The notes: a model not told the origin generated them from the letters alone. A stretch of DNA of 64,000 bases from Octopus sinensis (GCF_006345805.1 NC_043009.1:39184001-39248000); one strand, 5' to 3'. Counted from the stretch's first letter, positions 1-13,155 are shown. Made by a program: numbers and translations.

Positions 1-1756
1 GGTGGTAATTGTATTTTTGGAAGCAGCCAAACACAGTAGAGATAGCTAATTTACTTTCTCTGCAATACCACTGACAGACGACGAAAAAGGCGAACCAACT
101 TCACTCTTGCAAGATTCAAACTAGTTCTTCGTTCACATTATTCCATACCCACTGAAAAGGTATATAGGCGCTTTTCCTTTGATTGATCCCATTGCAAAGA
201 AGTAAAAGCAATTTTATAATTTATATTGTTTACAGACAACTTATGCGTGTAATTGAAGTATACAGTGTTTTAACTTATGAGACGTATATACTGTGTAATT
301 TTCAGTGGGTATCAAAAGCATTGTCAATGTTCGCGGAGAGAGTTTACTTCTTCTATAGATGTGTATTTACAAGATTTCGTTCAAGAGAATCTGCATTATA
401 TTTTTAATATAAAAATATTGTTTTCTCAAAAAAACTGGCATGAAGTACACATAATTTTGTCACCTATGTTTACGCTTAGTTTTCAGAAATCGCCTTCTTG
501 GTGTGAAACTAGTGCAACAACGTCAGTGAATATCTAAAAAGAAGTCATTATTTTGTTACGGCTTTTGAATTTGATCGGTATTTAAGACTACAAAGCAGCC
601 CCTGTTTGCAATAACAGCAATCACTAATGAGCGGAGGTGAGGTCGGTTGTTTGGCCAAATAAACGTAGAAGGCAAGGCATTGATATTGTATTGATGACAA
701 CGACCATTCAATTAACATAGTCATTGTAATTACCTAACATCATTGATTAATTCCCATTTCGCAACTAATCTAACGCAGCTAAGGTTCTTTTATCCTAGAC
801 AGACTATTTGCAATTATGAGAATTTCGGTTAGCAGAAACGGACGATATTGGTATATGTTCCTTGACAAATATATTTTGGAAAGTAATGAGTTAGAGCGAC
901 GGACACAGAATTGGCTTCATTAATTCAGGGGTCTAAAAGTCAAAGGCAACACTAGCAACGCAGTTACATCTAAATTAAACATGTTGGTATGTAAGTACGT
1001 ACGTACAAGTGTAAGTAAGTAAGTAAGTATGTATGTATGTAGACAGTTAGAAAGTGATTCAATCGCCGAGAACTTGGTTTCAGTAAATATGAACGTTGTT
1101 GATTAAAAAGAAAATTTAAAATGTGTACGTTTATATATATATATCATCATCATCATTGTTCGACCGTGGTCGAGACTTTCATAGTCTTTTCAAATGGCTA
1201 ATAATGTGTGCGCGCGCCACTACTACACACATTGGAAAGCATTGTACAGCCAAGTACTAAAGAAGATCTTTCCTCCTCCATGAAACAAAGCTGTTCCCGC
1301 TGGACGTCAACCCAGTATTTCTAAGCTACGGACCGAGTGATTTATTGTAAGGTTATCTACTTAGATAGATTGCCTCCACTACGGCCAAGGAGCCCTTTCT
1401 ACCCCATATATATATAAACCAGCTTAGAGAAGAAGAAGAAACGAAACGAAACAAAATATATCTACTCTCATATATTCAGTTCATTCAGTTATTTTTCCTG
1501 CCTTCCATTCACCCACCCTCTCTAATATATATATATGTATATACACATAGCATAATTAAATCTCAGAATGAGATTGAAACAGTAATCGCTCGATAATGTA
1601 AAGTATAGAAGCCATCTTATCATGGGTAACCACATAGGGGAGGGGGTGTTACTGTAGCTTTAAAGCCCCAAGAGATCGTCGTCTCTAGCTGGCTTTAGAC
1701 ACCATATCAGTGCCTTTGAATTTTTTGCAAAGAGAGGCCATCCCTTCCTCGCAAGC

Positions 1757-1820
1757 CTGAGTGATACGCTCGGACTAGTTTCGGGATTTTTGTCCCTTGT
1801 CAACGGGCGGTAACCACCAG
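1757..1820 (-). ncRNA. Type I hammerhead ribozyme-like motif, U3-A8 core variant
   Basis: Minus strand reads CGCCCG-TTGACAA-GGGA caaaaa TCCC-GAAA-CTAG-TC-CGAGCG. Stem II is a perfect 4 bp, stem III has a palindromic CTAG loop, the triplet is GUC, and stem I pairs 5/6 and extends further with bulges. Confidence 0.6.
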
Positions 1821-1945
1821 GTTGCGATGAAAGTGAAGGCCTCCTTGCAAAATATATAAGAGTTTTTCTTATATAACTGCTGCATTAGTTGAGTATATAA
1901 ATAGTTTGGTTGATATCTTCTCTGGAGACTGAGAATAATGTAGAT

Positions 1946-1987
1946 GTCTCTGATGAGAACCCAGTAAGGTTCGAAAATCAATAGAGG
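1946..1987 (+). ncRNA. Degenerate hammerhead-like motif
   Basis: CTGATGA(1950-56)-GAACC cagtaa GGTTC-GAAA(1973-76): intact core boxes and perfect 5-bp stem II, but stems I and III pair poorly. Confidence 0.35.
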
Positions 1988-2066
1988 TTGTACGTAATTT
2001 CTACTTCAGTCTGCGGAAAAATGGCTAAAATTTTCCTGTTTATAATTATACCATATGTTACATATA

Positions 2067-2443
2067 TACTCTTTACTGTTTCAGTCATTTGACTGCGACC
2101 ACCTTTAGTCGAGCAAATCTACCCAAGGAGTTATTCATTGGAAGCCTAGTACTTATTCTATCGGTCTCTTTTACCGATCCGCTAAGTGACGGGGACGTAA
2201 ACATACCAGTATCAGTTGTCAAGCGATGACACATACACACACACATATACGCACACATACACATATACATACATATATACGACGGGCTTCTTTCAGTTTC
2301 CGCCTACCAAATCCACTCACAAGGCTTTGGTCGGCCCGAGGCTAGAGTAGAAGACACTTACCCAAGGTGCCACATAGTGGGACTGATCCCGGAACAATGT
2401 GGTTGGTGAGCAAATTACTTACAACACAGCCACTCCTGTGCCT
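2067..2443 (-). mobile_element. tRNA-derived SINE, family A (internal TA/CA microsatellite, GTAAAAGA-type tail)
   Basis: Reverse complement of the 12734-13155 copy. Confidence 0.85.
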
Positions 2444-2523
2444 ATACATATACATACATACATACATACATATATATATATATATTATACACACTCACAC
2501 ACACACACACACGCACACACACA

Positions 2524-2580
<57 letters not shown>

Positions 2581-2585
2581 GTATA

Positions 2586-3008
2586 TACGAGGATAATTCA
2601 AAAATTATCCGCACCTCTGCCATAACATATCTCTATCACTGCCACACTGAATTCGGCGCATAGACGTTTATAGTTGGTAATATAATGATCAGTGACCAAA
2701 GTTCTAGTAGCAACGTGCACCAAAGAAGAAGAAAAAGCAGTGATCCGATTTCTCTGGAAAAGAGGATTACGATCAACAGTGCAAGACACACTGCTTTGCT
2801 GGCCAATAAACTGAAGCCAGCCATTTACACCAAACGCCGAAGCCCCTTGTCGAAGAAAGGTTTGTTGTTGCACGCCCACACACGGCCGCCAAGACCGATA
2901 AAACCATTAACGAATTGGATTTTGAAGTGTCAGAACACCGTGCCTACAGCCCAGATTTTGCCCCATTGAAAAAGCAGGACTGCGTATATTTTTTGACTCT
3001 CCCTCGTA
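2586..3008 (+). mobile_element. Internally deleted mariner element
   Basis: TA-flanked imperfect TIRs (cgaggataattcaaaaattatccgca / tgcgtatattttttgactctccctcg). Peptide remnants LKPAIYTKRRSPLSKKGLLLH and FEVSEHRAYSPDFAP match the mariner HPxYSPDLAP region. Confidence 0.8.
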
Positions 3009-3029
3009 TATATATATACGTAGAAGAGT

Positions 3030-3081
<52 letters not shown>

Positions 3082-3219
3082 GTATACGTATATATTTACA
3101 TATACACATACCTCTACATGTATGTACGTATGTAAACTTTACATATGTCTATATATTTTTAAAACAGGGAGTAAATAATGATGTATTATATAGAAGTACA
3201 TGTATATATATATATATAT

Positions 3220-3274
<55 letters not shown>

Positions 3275-3318
3275 TACATACATACATACACACACATATA
3301 TAGGCATATACATATACA

Positions 3319-3354
<36 letters not shown>

Positions 3355-3463
3355 ATATATATGCACACACATATATATATGATATATATGCATATGCAAT
3401 TGTATATATGTTTGTGTATGTATGAATATCTGTGTGTGCGTGTGTATGTATGCGCATGTGTGA
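3007..3463. repeat. Compound (TA)n/(TATG)n/(TG)n microsatellite
   Basis: Directly visible. Confidence 0.9.
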
Positions 3464-3696
3464 GTAAAAAAATCTCAGTTGCAACGTGATTGAAGGTAAG
3501 CATCTGAGACAAGCACATTTATACATCTTATTTAGAGTTTAGTGTTTTCTCTTTATTTTTTTTTTTTGCTTTCTTTTTCAGGCAGGTAATCCTTTCTTTG
3601 CATGTAACGACATTCACTGACATATCCACAAAATTTTAAACTTTCCAACTCCAGTTAGATATAAACCTGCTACTTAGAAATCTTAAATAAAGCAAA

Positions 3697-3730
<34 letters not shown>

Positions 3731-4027
3731 AATAAATAAAAAATCCTCCAGATCTATCTGTAATATCGCAGTAAAATTGTAAACGCATTTCTTAGAATGG
3801 GATACTTTGAATAATAAATGAAGTAAAATAGGAATATCTGTTTAGAGAATATGAGGTTTCTGCGAGAAAAAAGTTATAGGAAAAAATAAAAAAAAATAAA
3901 AGGAACAATTCTGAGATAATATACAATGGAATGAATTCAACAAGAGGGCGAAAAAAATTATGTATTACGAGAGAAAGATAAGTGACAAACTGTCGTGTAT
4001 TGAAACACTTGCATTTTAAATACTGCT

Positions 4028-4313
4028 AATGATGACGATGATGATGATGATGCTGCTGATGATGATGATGACGACGATGTTGATGATGACGACGATGTTG
4101 ATGATGATGATGATGACGACGATGTTGATGATGACGATGATGATGATGATGATGATGGTGACAACGATGATGATGATGATGATGATGATGATAATGGAGG
4201 TGGTGGTGGTGGTGATGATGATGGTGATGATGATGATGATGATGACGAGAAGGAGGATGATAATGATGATGATGATGACAATGTTGATGATGATGATGAC
4301 AATGACGGTGGTG

Positions 4314-4352
<39 letters not shown>

Positions 4353-4612
4353 CTCTCGATCACGACGATGCTGCTGCTGCTTATGATGATGACGATGACG
4401 ATCACGATGTTGATGATGATGATGATGATGATGATGATGACGAGAAGGAGGATGATAACGATGATGATGATAATGATGATGATGATGACAATGTGATGAT
4501 GATGATGATGACAATGACGGTGGTGAGGATGATGATGATGATGATGATGATGATGCTCCTGCTGATGATGATGACGTACATAAGCTTGCTGATGCTGATG
4601 CTGATGATACTG
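4028..4612. repeat. Degenerate (GAT)n microsatellite with internal ~200-bp duplication
   Basis: GAT runs; marker motifs gacgagaaggaggatgataa (~4244, ~4440) and atgacggtggtgagg (~4302, ~4514) each occur twice. Confidence 0.9.
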
Positions 4613-4784
4613 ATAGCTGTAAACATGAAGTAGCCATCATGTTCAGAGCCACTGCATAAGCGAACATAAAAATTGTAATGTATATGGTATCTGTGGTTTT
4701 TTTTCATTATTCATATGTCATGTCATTTTCTCTTCCTCTGGCTTCAGTCTAGGACAATAGTCTCCTTTTTCTCGAGTGTGTAAG

Positions 4785-4863
4785 AATATTATTATTATTA
4801 TTATTATTATTATATTATTATTATTAATTATTATTATTTATTATTATTATTTATTATTATTAT

Positions 4864-4895
<32 letters not shown>

Positions 4896-4927
4896 TTATT
4901 ATTATATTATTATTATTATTATTAGTA

Positions 4928-4961
<34 letters not shown>

Positions 4962-4972
4962 CATTATTATCA

Positions 4973-5020
<48 letters not shown>
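4785..5020. repeat. (ATT)n microsatellite
   Basis: Directly visible. Confidence 0.95.
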
Positions 5021-5025
5021 CGAAA

Positions 5026-5332
5026 ACGGTGAGCTGGTAAAAACGTTAGCACGCCGGGCGAAATGCGTAGCCGTATTTTGTCTGCCGTTACGTTCTGAGT
5101 TCAAATTCCGCCGAGGTCGACTTTGCTTTTCATCCTTTCGGGGGTCGATAAATTAAGTACCAGTTACGCACTGGGTTCGATGTAATCGACTTAATCCCTT
5201 TGTCTGTCCTTGTTCGTTTCCTCTATGTTTAGCCCCTTGTTGGCAATAAAGAATTAAGAAACGTTAGTACGCCGGTAAAATTGCTTTACGGCATTTTCAT
5301 CCGTCCTTATGTTCTGAGTTCAAATTCCGCTG
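5026..5332 (+). mobile_element. tRNA-derived SINE, family B (plus partial second unit)
   Basis: ggtgagctgg...gttagcacgccgggcgaaatg...gagttcaaattcc (B-box-like)...gtcgactttgc...; many copies in the window. Confidence 0.85.
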
Positions 5333-6174
5333 TTAATGTTTGCCGGCACGAAAAAATCGACCTTTTATTTTTTTTTTCTTTTGAAATTATTTTCAGCAAA
5401 CTGCTATGTTTTTGATGACGGAGATTCTGAATATGCCAAAATCTATGTTTTCAAAATTTTCTATTCCCAACTACCCACCCCAAATTTTAAACTTTTAACT
5501 GTTTTTAGATTTTTTTTTCAAGCTACGTGGAAAAATATAGACATGAACAATATGGGAAAAAAAGAAAATAATTAGTTTCAAATTTTCTGTGAGGAAACTC
5601 CAAAATTGATTCATACACCCCTCGCCACTCCATCCCGCTGTCTAAAAGGGAAAAGGAATGGCTTGTGTGTTTATGTGTGCTCGTGCGATGGAACAGAGAA
5701 AATACACCGAAATATGTTTTACATACCTGTCGTATACGTCGGTTTTGCTTTTTCGCTTTAAAGGTAAGCGGTCCCGTTTGAAGCAGACACGATATTCAAT
5801 AATATGTTTCTGTTCTTCATTCAGAAAGAATAAAAACTTCATTGGACTTTGTCCATATGTATCCTACCACAATCGGAATCTACATGATATACCACATATT
5901 CGTAGAAAATTTCATTAAAAAATATCCATTTTTCTGAAATTTATGATCATCCAAAGTCGGTGGGGCAGAAATCTGTAGTCATGCCTGGGTTTTAAGTGCA
6001 TGGTGCCCATAAAATTGACCACAATCGCTCCAGAGAAGGGATGATAAGTTCTTTTGTAAAACAGATACTCTAGATAATTTACAAGGGCACCATTTAAAGA
6101 AATCTGAAAAATATCCGTCAAAACGGAGAAATTCCAACTTGTTGGTGCATCCTAACTCCGAAGTCGGCCTATAT

Positions 6175-6692
6175 ATGTAGGTATGTATCTATGTGTGTGT
6201 CTTTGTCTTTGACACTCCGTCACCGCTTATAACCGCAGTTGCTGTACATAATTTCAATGGAGGGATAGGTGTCCTCATCGTGTTTGCTGTTATCACATCG
6301 TTTCGGCTGATGTACTCTCCAGCCAGCATCACGAGTTCTGATGGAATTTCGAACCCAAAACATTATTTGACTAATGTTGCGGTGTTTACATCTCCATAAC
6401 TTAGCGATTCGGCATAAAAACAATAGAATAAGTACTAGGCTTCAAAAATAAGGGGTCGTTTTGTTCGATTAAATCACCTCAAGGCGGTGCTCTACCATGG
6501 CCGCAGTCAATTGACTGAAACAAGTAAAGGAGTAACTCCACAATGTCGCCTTTCTTCTACTTGATGAACATCCATCACCCGTCTATAGTCTGAATATGGA
6601 GTTGTTAGTTAGATAGTATGAGTACTAGGCCTACAATGAATAAATCCTGGGGTCGATTTGCTCGACTAAAGTCGGTGCTTCAGCATGGCCAC
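6175..6692 (+). mobile_element. 5'-truncated SINE family A fragments (two)
   Basis: gaataagtactaggct...ggcggtgct...gcagtcaa.tgactgaaacaagtaaa; second tail fragment at ~6620-6692. Confidence 0.7.
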
Positions 6693-8603
6693 AATTGCAC
6701 AAGTTACATCAACTGAATTTACCTTGCAACGTTTTGATCGACCTGAAGCTATGATAGTTAGTCATATCCTGTCTTGGGTTGGAACGTGGCAGTACCTCGT
6801 CGCAATACGGTATTTTACACAACAAAGCATTATGATACATTAAAATATACAACGAACGTAAATTTCCTACAGCGATATCTCAGTTCCTTATGACTATCAA
6901 CCAGTAATATATTCCAGCCCATCCAGCAACTATGATCGTCATAAAGTAAGTAACTACTTCACAACCAAACGCAGTCTATGTAAATAAGTCTTTAAAATAA
7001 AATCCGTTTCGATCATTAAGTTCCTCTCATCGTGATATACATTATAGATTATTTTTTCTACAATATACTGAAATTTGTGAATGGAGAAACAGATGTATTT
7101 AGGTTGTTTTTTTTTTGCTATTATGATGTATAATATATTACCGAACTTTTGTTTATTGTACAATACATATATGTGTTATCAGAACCTAACTAACTCAGAT
7201 GTTCTATGCGGTTTGGTGCTCGGTTATTCTGTTTTATAATGTTACCGATTTTAGTTTTGCATTCTATCGCTGTAGAATCGATAAGTTAGAGCAATAGTAA
7301 TATAATAATGTACTGGAGACTGTTCGATCAGTAATGCTCCCAACCGTATAAAATTGGCTTTGCAACTCTTGAAAATCGTCTTTGTATATTTCTGTCGCAA
7401 TGCTGGTGTAATTTCGCAAGTGATCGACCCGGTTCATTGTAGGAAACGGTTCTTTTCGCGTACATTGATTACGTGCTTGTGGAAACTTTGAAAGTTTGGA
7501 ATTAGCAAAAGTAAATAAATACATGAATAATATATAAAAGTATACCTTATAATCAATCAGCTTAATCAATGAACAAACAATATCCTCCAATGCTAATCCA
7601 GTTATATATAACAGCACATAAATCACAAAGTCAAAAAACCGAGAAAGAGAAATATGGCGGAAAGCTACCTATGTGACACAAACCATGCATCAAGTGTAAT
7701 CCAGAGAAGTGTGATACCTTTCGGTTTTTCAACTTGAAGGTTATTTTTTTAATCCAGTACATAATATCTCTATGTTCGTTTATCATGGAAGTTTGCCTCC
7801 AAAAATCGCAGTGCTTAAATGGATCAATGATAAACGAATCATTTCCACCCTTGGTCCAGAGTTGCGGAGCTTCTACTGTCTCGTATTTTCTCGATCATAT
7901 TTACTTATTCCTGTGGTGAATGCATTGTTTATTAGAATCGTGCTCCCTTAAATTTATTTCTATTCCCTTGTCCCGAATTCATTAGTACGAGTATTTAAAT
8001 TCGTAATAACAATACCCAGGCTTGCAGCCCAATCATTTAAACCTAGCCGACAGTCAGTGCATTATGGCTGACAGCGAGACGTGATTTTGTGGTACAAACA
8101 ATATCTTCGACTGATCCCCAACCTGTCTAATCACTGATCAAATCGTGATAAGCTTAACATGGTCCACAAACGAGAATACCGTATTATCCCGGATCAGTGA
8201 TGAATGCGGTTAAATGTATATATACTTTTTATATAACCATTTTATGAACTATTATTTGGGTGACGTTTTGGCATCGTTTATCGAAGATTTATCAACATAT
8301 GTCTCGATGCTTCTACATTTAGTTCTAAATGTAAATGAGAGCAATCAAAATGGTTTTGTACAAATTTATACATGAATAAATTGGAGTTTTGAAATATCCA
8401 TATTTTTCATCGACTACTTGTTTCCGTTATTGGACGGAGGCCAATTGCTACCGTTTTTGAAGGTTTATTCGAAAACATCGATCCCATCACTTATTGTTCT
8501 GTATGTTTGCTACTAATTCCATCGAATAATAGCATACATACATTTACACACACATACACTAGCTGCACCCTCATTACACGTGAAAAGCCATTGCCAAAAT
8601 GAA

Positions 8604-8807
8604 TTACTGAGGTGATTCATTATTAATGAGATGTGATGATCTTATATGACTTTTAAGCTCAGCCAAAGTTTTACATATTTTATTACATACTGCACAGCTG
8701 AACTGGCTAGTGGGAGAAACAGGTGCCAACATATGCACTCGCTTAACATGTCTTTTCAGACCTCCAACTGTGAGGCACACTCTTCCACATTTTATACATA
8801 CATACAT
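8604..8807 (-). pseudogene. Two C2H2 zinc-finger motifs, probably the 3' end of a LINE ORF2
   Basis: CIKCGRVCLTVGGLKRHVKRVH and CAVCNKICKTLAELKSHIRSSH (both CX2CX12HX4H), then a stop. No TGEKP linker; 5' side runs into a (TATG)n tract. Confidence 0.55.
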
Positions 8808-8883
8808 ACATACATTTATCCTTCTATATTACTACTTTATTCTTCTATTCCATTCCTTATAAACTGTAAATTTTCCGTCTAAA

Positions 8884-8972
8884 ATATCCATACCCGGTCT
8901 CTGATGACGGAATACCCATTGCACGGATATGCTAACCAGCCACTCGGGTTATCCCAGGAACAGCTGTAAGAC
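8884..8972 (+). ncRNA. Type I hammerhead ribozyme-like motif (one core mutation)
   Basis: GTCT-CTGATGA(8901-07)-cggaataccc...gggttatccca-GGAA-C AGCT G-TA-AGAC. Stem I GTCT/AGAC, palindromic stem III CAGCTG, GUA triplet; GAAA is mutated to GGAA. Confidence 0.6.
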
Positions 8973-9209
8973 TTCAAATTCATAATTGAATTATTCTAAA
9001 TGACTTGAGATACTCGTTCTGCCTAGGTTTTGATTTTTTCTTCATATATATATGTGTGTGTGTGTGATTGACTTCCATTCAGTTCCAGGTTACCAAACTT
9101 ATTTATTAGACATGACTCTTCTCGGCGTTGTTGTACGAGTCACTTGCGCAGGTTGCCGCGCAAAAAGTCGGGTCCCGGAAATATGTGTTCGTTGAGTTAC
9201 AGGAATATA

Positions 9210-9460
9210 AATAAACCAACATCAGTTGCTAAGCTCCCCGGTTGGTATACAAACACAAGCACAAAGACACACCCACACATACACACACATATATACACAT
9301 ATGATGGACTTCCACACAGCATACCTCTTCCAAATTCATACACAAGGTATTGGTCGACCGGAGTGATTGCAAAGACAATTGTCCAAAGTGCTACACAAGG
9401 GAACTGAACCTCAAGTCCTACGATTGCAAAGCGAAATTCTTAGCCGCACAGCCATGCTTC
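9210..9460 (-). mobile_element. Diverged SINE family A copy
   Basis: Similar to family A: ccaaattca.acacaagg.attggtcgacc...gggaactgaac...cacagccatgc; another fragment at ~10050-10183. Confidence 0.55.
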
Positions 9461-9878
9461 AGTCTATCTTATTCAAGCATTTAAACATGAAATAAAAATG
9501 TTGATATTTTGCATGCCGAACGAATTTAGCCTTAACTCATTGTATTTGTAGTTCCAAATTTATAGAAAACACCGTTGCCGATTGTGAACTGTTTAATTTG
9601 GCACGAGTACCGTGCATTGATAAATTATTTTTATTTCATTTTAGCCGTTGGACTGCATCTAAGATACGTTACCCCCTCTTAAAGTTTTCAGTCATTTAAA
9701 TCAACTCCAGTTCTTATTTTATCACAAAATTTTGCAGAACTAAGTTTCTGGGACGTGAACAAGCTATAATCAGATGCCAAGACTTATTGAAGGACAAAGA
9801 AAAATACACACATACGTATAATATACTCTCATGTGTGCGTGTGCATGCATCATATATTAGCTTATATTTGATATATAT

Positions 9879-9954
<76 letters not shown>

Positions 9955-11139
9955 CATATGTATGTATATGTATATGTATATATATGTGTGTATATATATA
10001 TGTATATATATATATTATATATATATATATATATTATATATATATATATCATTGGCTTCCTTACAGTTTCTAGTGCAAGACATTGGTCGTCTCTGGACCA
10101 CTTGCACAAAGTGGCCAGGCAGGGAGACTGAACCCCAAAACATATTTCAGCAGAGTAAAATTCTTTATCAAATAGCCATGCGTATTCTAACAACGTATAC
10201 AATAAAAAAAATTATTTTAAATATAATGATTCTAAAAAAACATTTCTGAATATATTATTAGTTATTTCCATATTTAAAATACATTGTACCTCTTAAATAT
10301 ATTCTACCAGTAACTTTGTGGAATTTGCAAGATTTTATCGTTATTGTTTATGATGATTAGCATAGTTTCATTAATAAGAAAATTATCATTACGATACCAC
10401 AATGACAGATCCCCGTACAAAGCTTCTGGTAATTAGAATATTTTCAAAATGATTATTTAAGACACCATAAGTTTCAGCACTTTGGTACATCCTCTCTTCT
10501 TCGTTCCTAATAATAATAATAATAATTTATTTTTATTGCTTCCCTTTAATTTCTTCCCTCTTTACCGCCTCTTCATTCTTTAAGCACTGTTTTTGATCAA
10601 ATAATTCCCATTGCATGAGAAATCCGGTAATAAATTGTCTTCCTCTTTTTCCTATTTTCCTTCATTTTTGCCTTTCTTTCTCTCAGGATTTCGCCATATT
10701 TCATCAATTTTAATAAATAATTACTATCCGAGAAACATAAATAATGACCCTTCCAGAAATTGGAATTCCATCTCAGTTGAATAAAATATAGCAACCTCTA
10801 TATTTGCTGTTATTTGGTCTTTTGAGTAGTGTTAACATAAACACTTAATGTTTTCCTTCCTGTCAATGGATATAACACCTCTAGAAGAAATTTATTTGAA
10901 TATTAACAAAATATGAAGTATTCTTTTAAAGCACATTCACAAAAACGAAGCAATATCGAGGAAATTATTATTATTTAACTTAATAATTATTATATACAAA
11001 TGCATTTTTTCCAACAGGAAAGAAATTTTACCGAAAATTTATATCCAGAATATCCAACGAAACATCAATTCATACACTACACAACAACTATTTCTGTGAG
11101 GATTGTGGAAGTAAATTCCTTGGTTATCTCCTCTATAGG

Positions 11140-11335
11140 CTTCTATCAGAAGTAACGGACTTTACGCTTTGCAGCTGGTTTTTGGAAGCGGGGCCAACTG
11201 GGAATATGGATATTATCCAACCGACTTGTTTTTGGACCAATGCTATATTTTCCGCCAGTTGGCTTAGTTCGAAGAATCCGTCTTGTGATTCTTTGCCGCG
11301 ATATTCGAGCTACATGTCCGTGATACCGTATGTGT
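11140..11335 (-). mobile_element. RTE-clade LINE ORF2 C-terminal remnant
   Basis: Minus-strand translation IRYHGHVARISRQRITRRILRTKPTGGKYSIGPKTSRLDNI resembles the RTE motif RWxGHVxRMxxxRxxKxxLxxxPxGxRxxGRPxxRWxD. Confidence 0.6.
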
Positions 11336-12073
11336 GACCTTTCAATGCGGGTATTTAATGGTTCGACCGGGAACTACTGATTTCGTAGCTACGCATCCTA
11401 TCACATAACGTTACTCTAGAGATCCTAGAAGTATTAATAAAGAAATGAAAAAAAGATAAAAGCCACCCCTAAACTAGACTTCAAAAATGGGTGTTCATTC
11501 TACTACATAACAGGAATTAGAACTAAATTGTTATTACATAGGTAAGAAGAAGCGATCATTGAAAACGGGAACTAGAAGTTTAGCCATTCACTTGTATAAG
11601 GAATCTCATTTAAAATATAACCAGGAAATAATAGTCATAAAAAGAAATTAATATGAAAAAAGTTATGTACGGAATATGATCGGATTTTATGAGTGCTGGA
11701 TATGAAATTTGTTTTCTGTATATATTAGTATGTATTTGTGTTAAACATATATTGAATTATATCTGTATATATTATATTTATTGATACTTTCGGCATGAAG
11801 AATGGCAGAATTACAATATAGTATATTTTTCTTATTGAGTTTGAGTTGTTGCCAGATTCTGAGATATTGGACATATTCGCCAGATATTTGAGTTATCTCT
11901 TCATAATTATGTGAAATGGAGGGAAAATATCTAGAATATACACGAAAAAGTTATCTTATGAGGTTTATCGATGTCTTGAAATACCAGTTACTACAGCGAA
12001 ACTGAGCGATTGAAAGCGTAATATACATAAGCAACCAGTCACTAGCAATATTTTATGGCAAGATGTGTGTGTG

Positions 12074-12149
<76 letters not shown>

Positions 12150-12178
12150 ATATATATATGTATATATATATGTATATA

Positions 12179-12215
<37 letters not shown>

Positions 12216-12733
12216 ACATATATCTATACATATGTATGTATATATTTATGCGTGTGTGTGTCAAAGAGAATCTCTTAACATAATGATAGCTCATTGGTTT
12301 ATGAAACTGGTCTTTACTTTCGAACTTTCAGCCACGTTTTTCATTGTATCAATATTGGGTTAATGGCGTTTGCAGAGCTTACGCCTTAAAGATTCCCAGA
12401 GAAATAATAAATCTTTCCCATGAAAAGAATATATAAATGAATTATTGTTAGTGTTGTTGTTAAGCTCCGGCCCAATTCTGACTAAGCATATCATATCCCT
12501 GAACGAAGTAGTTCCATTTTTGACCATCCTGCCTTCTTATATTCGGGATTAGTATTTAAAATTCCAGTATCCAATGCATCCTCCACCTAGTTTTGAAGTC
12601 AGTGTTGTATGTTTGAAAACAGAATAACTTTCTATTTCTATCAACTCATGAAATGACGAAGCCTTTCAGTGTGTCTGAGGTCGATGCCAGTCAGCGAGTC
12701 ATTCTACAATCGAAAGGGAAACAAAATTGAAAT

Positions 12734-12897
12734 AGACGTAGGAGTGGCAGTGTGGTAAGTAGCTTGCTTACGAACCACATGGTTCTGGATTCACTCCCAC
12801 TGCGTGGCACCTTCGGTAGGTATCTACTACTATAGCCTCGGGCCAACCAAAGCCTTCTGGGTGGATTTGGTAGACGGAAACTGAAAGAAGCCCGTCG

Positions 12898-12931
<34 letters not shown>

Positions 12932-13155
12932 CGTACGTTTGTGTGTCTGTGTTTGTCCCCCAAACATCGCTTGACAACCGATGCTGGTGTGTTTACATCC
13001 CCGTCACTTAGGGGTCCGGCAAAAGAGACCGATAGAATAAGTACTAGGCTTACAAAGAATAAGTCCTAGGGTCGATTTGCTCGACTAAAGGCGGTGCTCC
13101 AGCACGGCCACAGTCAAATGACTGAAACAAGTAAAAGAGTAAAAGAGTAAGAGTA
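12734..13155 (+). mobile_element. tRNA-derived SINE, family A, full length
   Basis: Head gtggcagtgtggtaagtagcttgct...ggattcactccc (A/B-box-like), central (TA)n(TG)n, tail gtaaaagagtaaaagagt. Confidence 0.9.

Noticed and set aside
3958-4707. Long poly-His/Ser/Met/Ile ORFs (and the YI/HT/CV-repeat ORFs throughout)
   Set aside because: They are translations of stop-free microsatellites, not genes.
5333-6155. Possible non-autonomous DNA transposon
   Set aside because: Resembles transposon subterminal sequence, but no convincing TIR pair or transposase motif was found.
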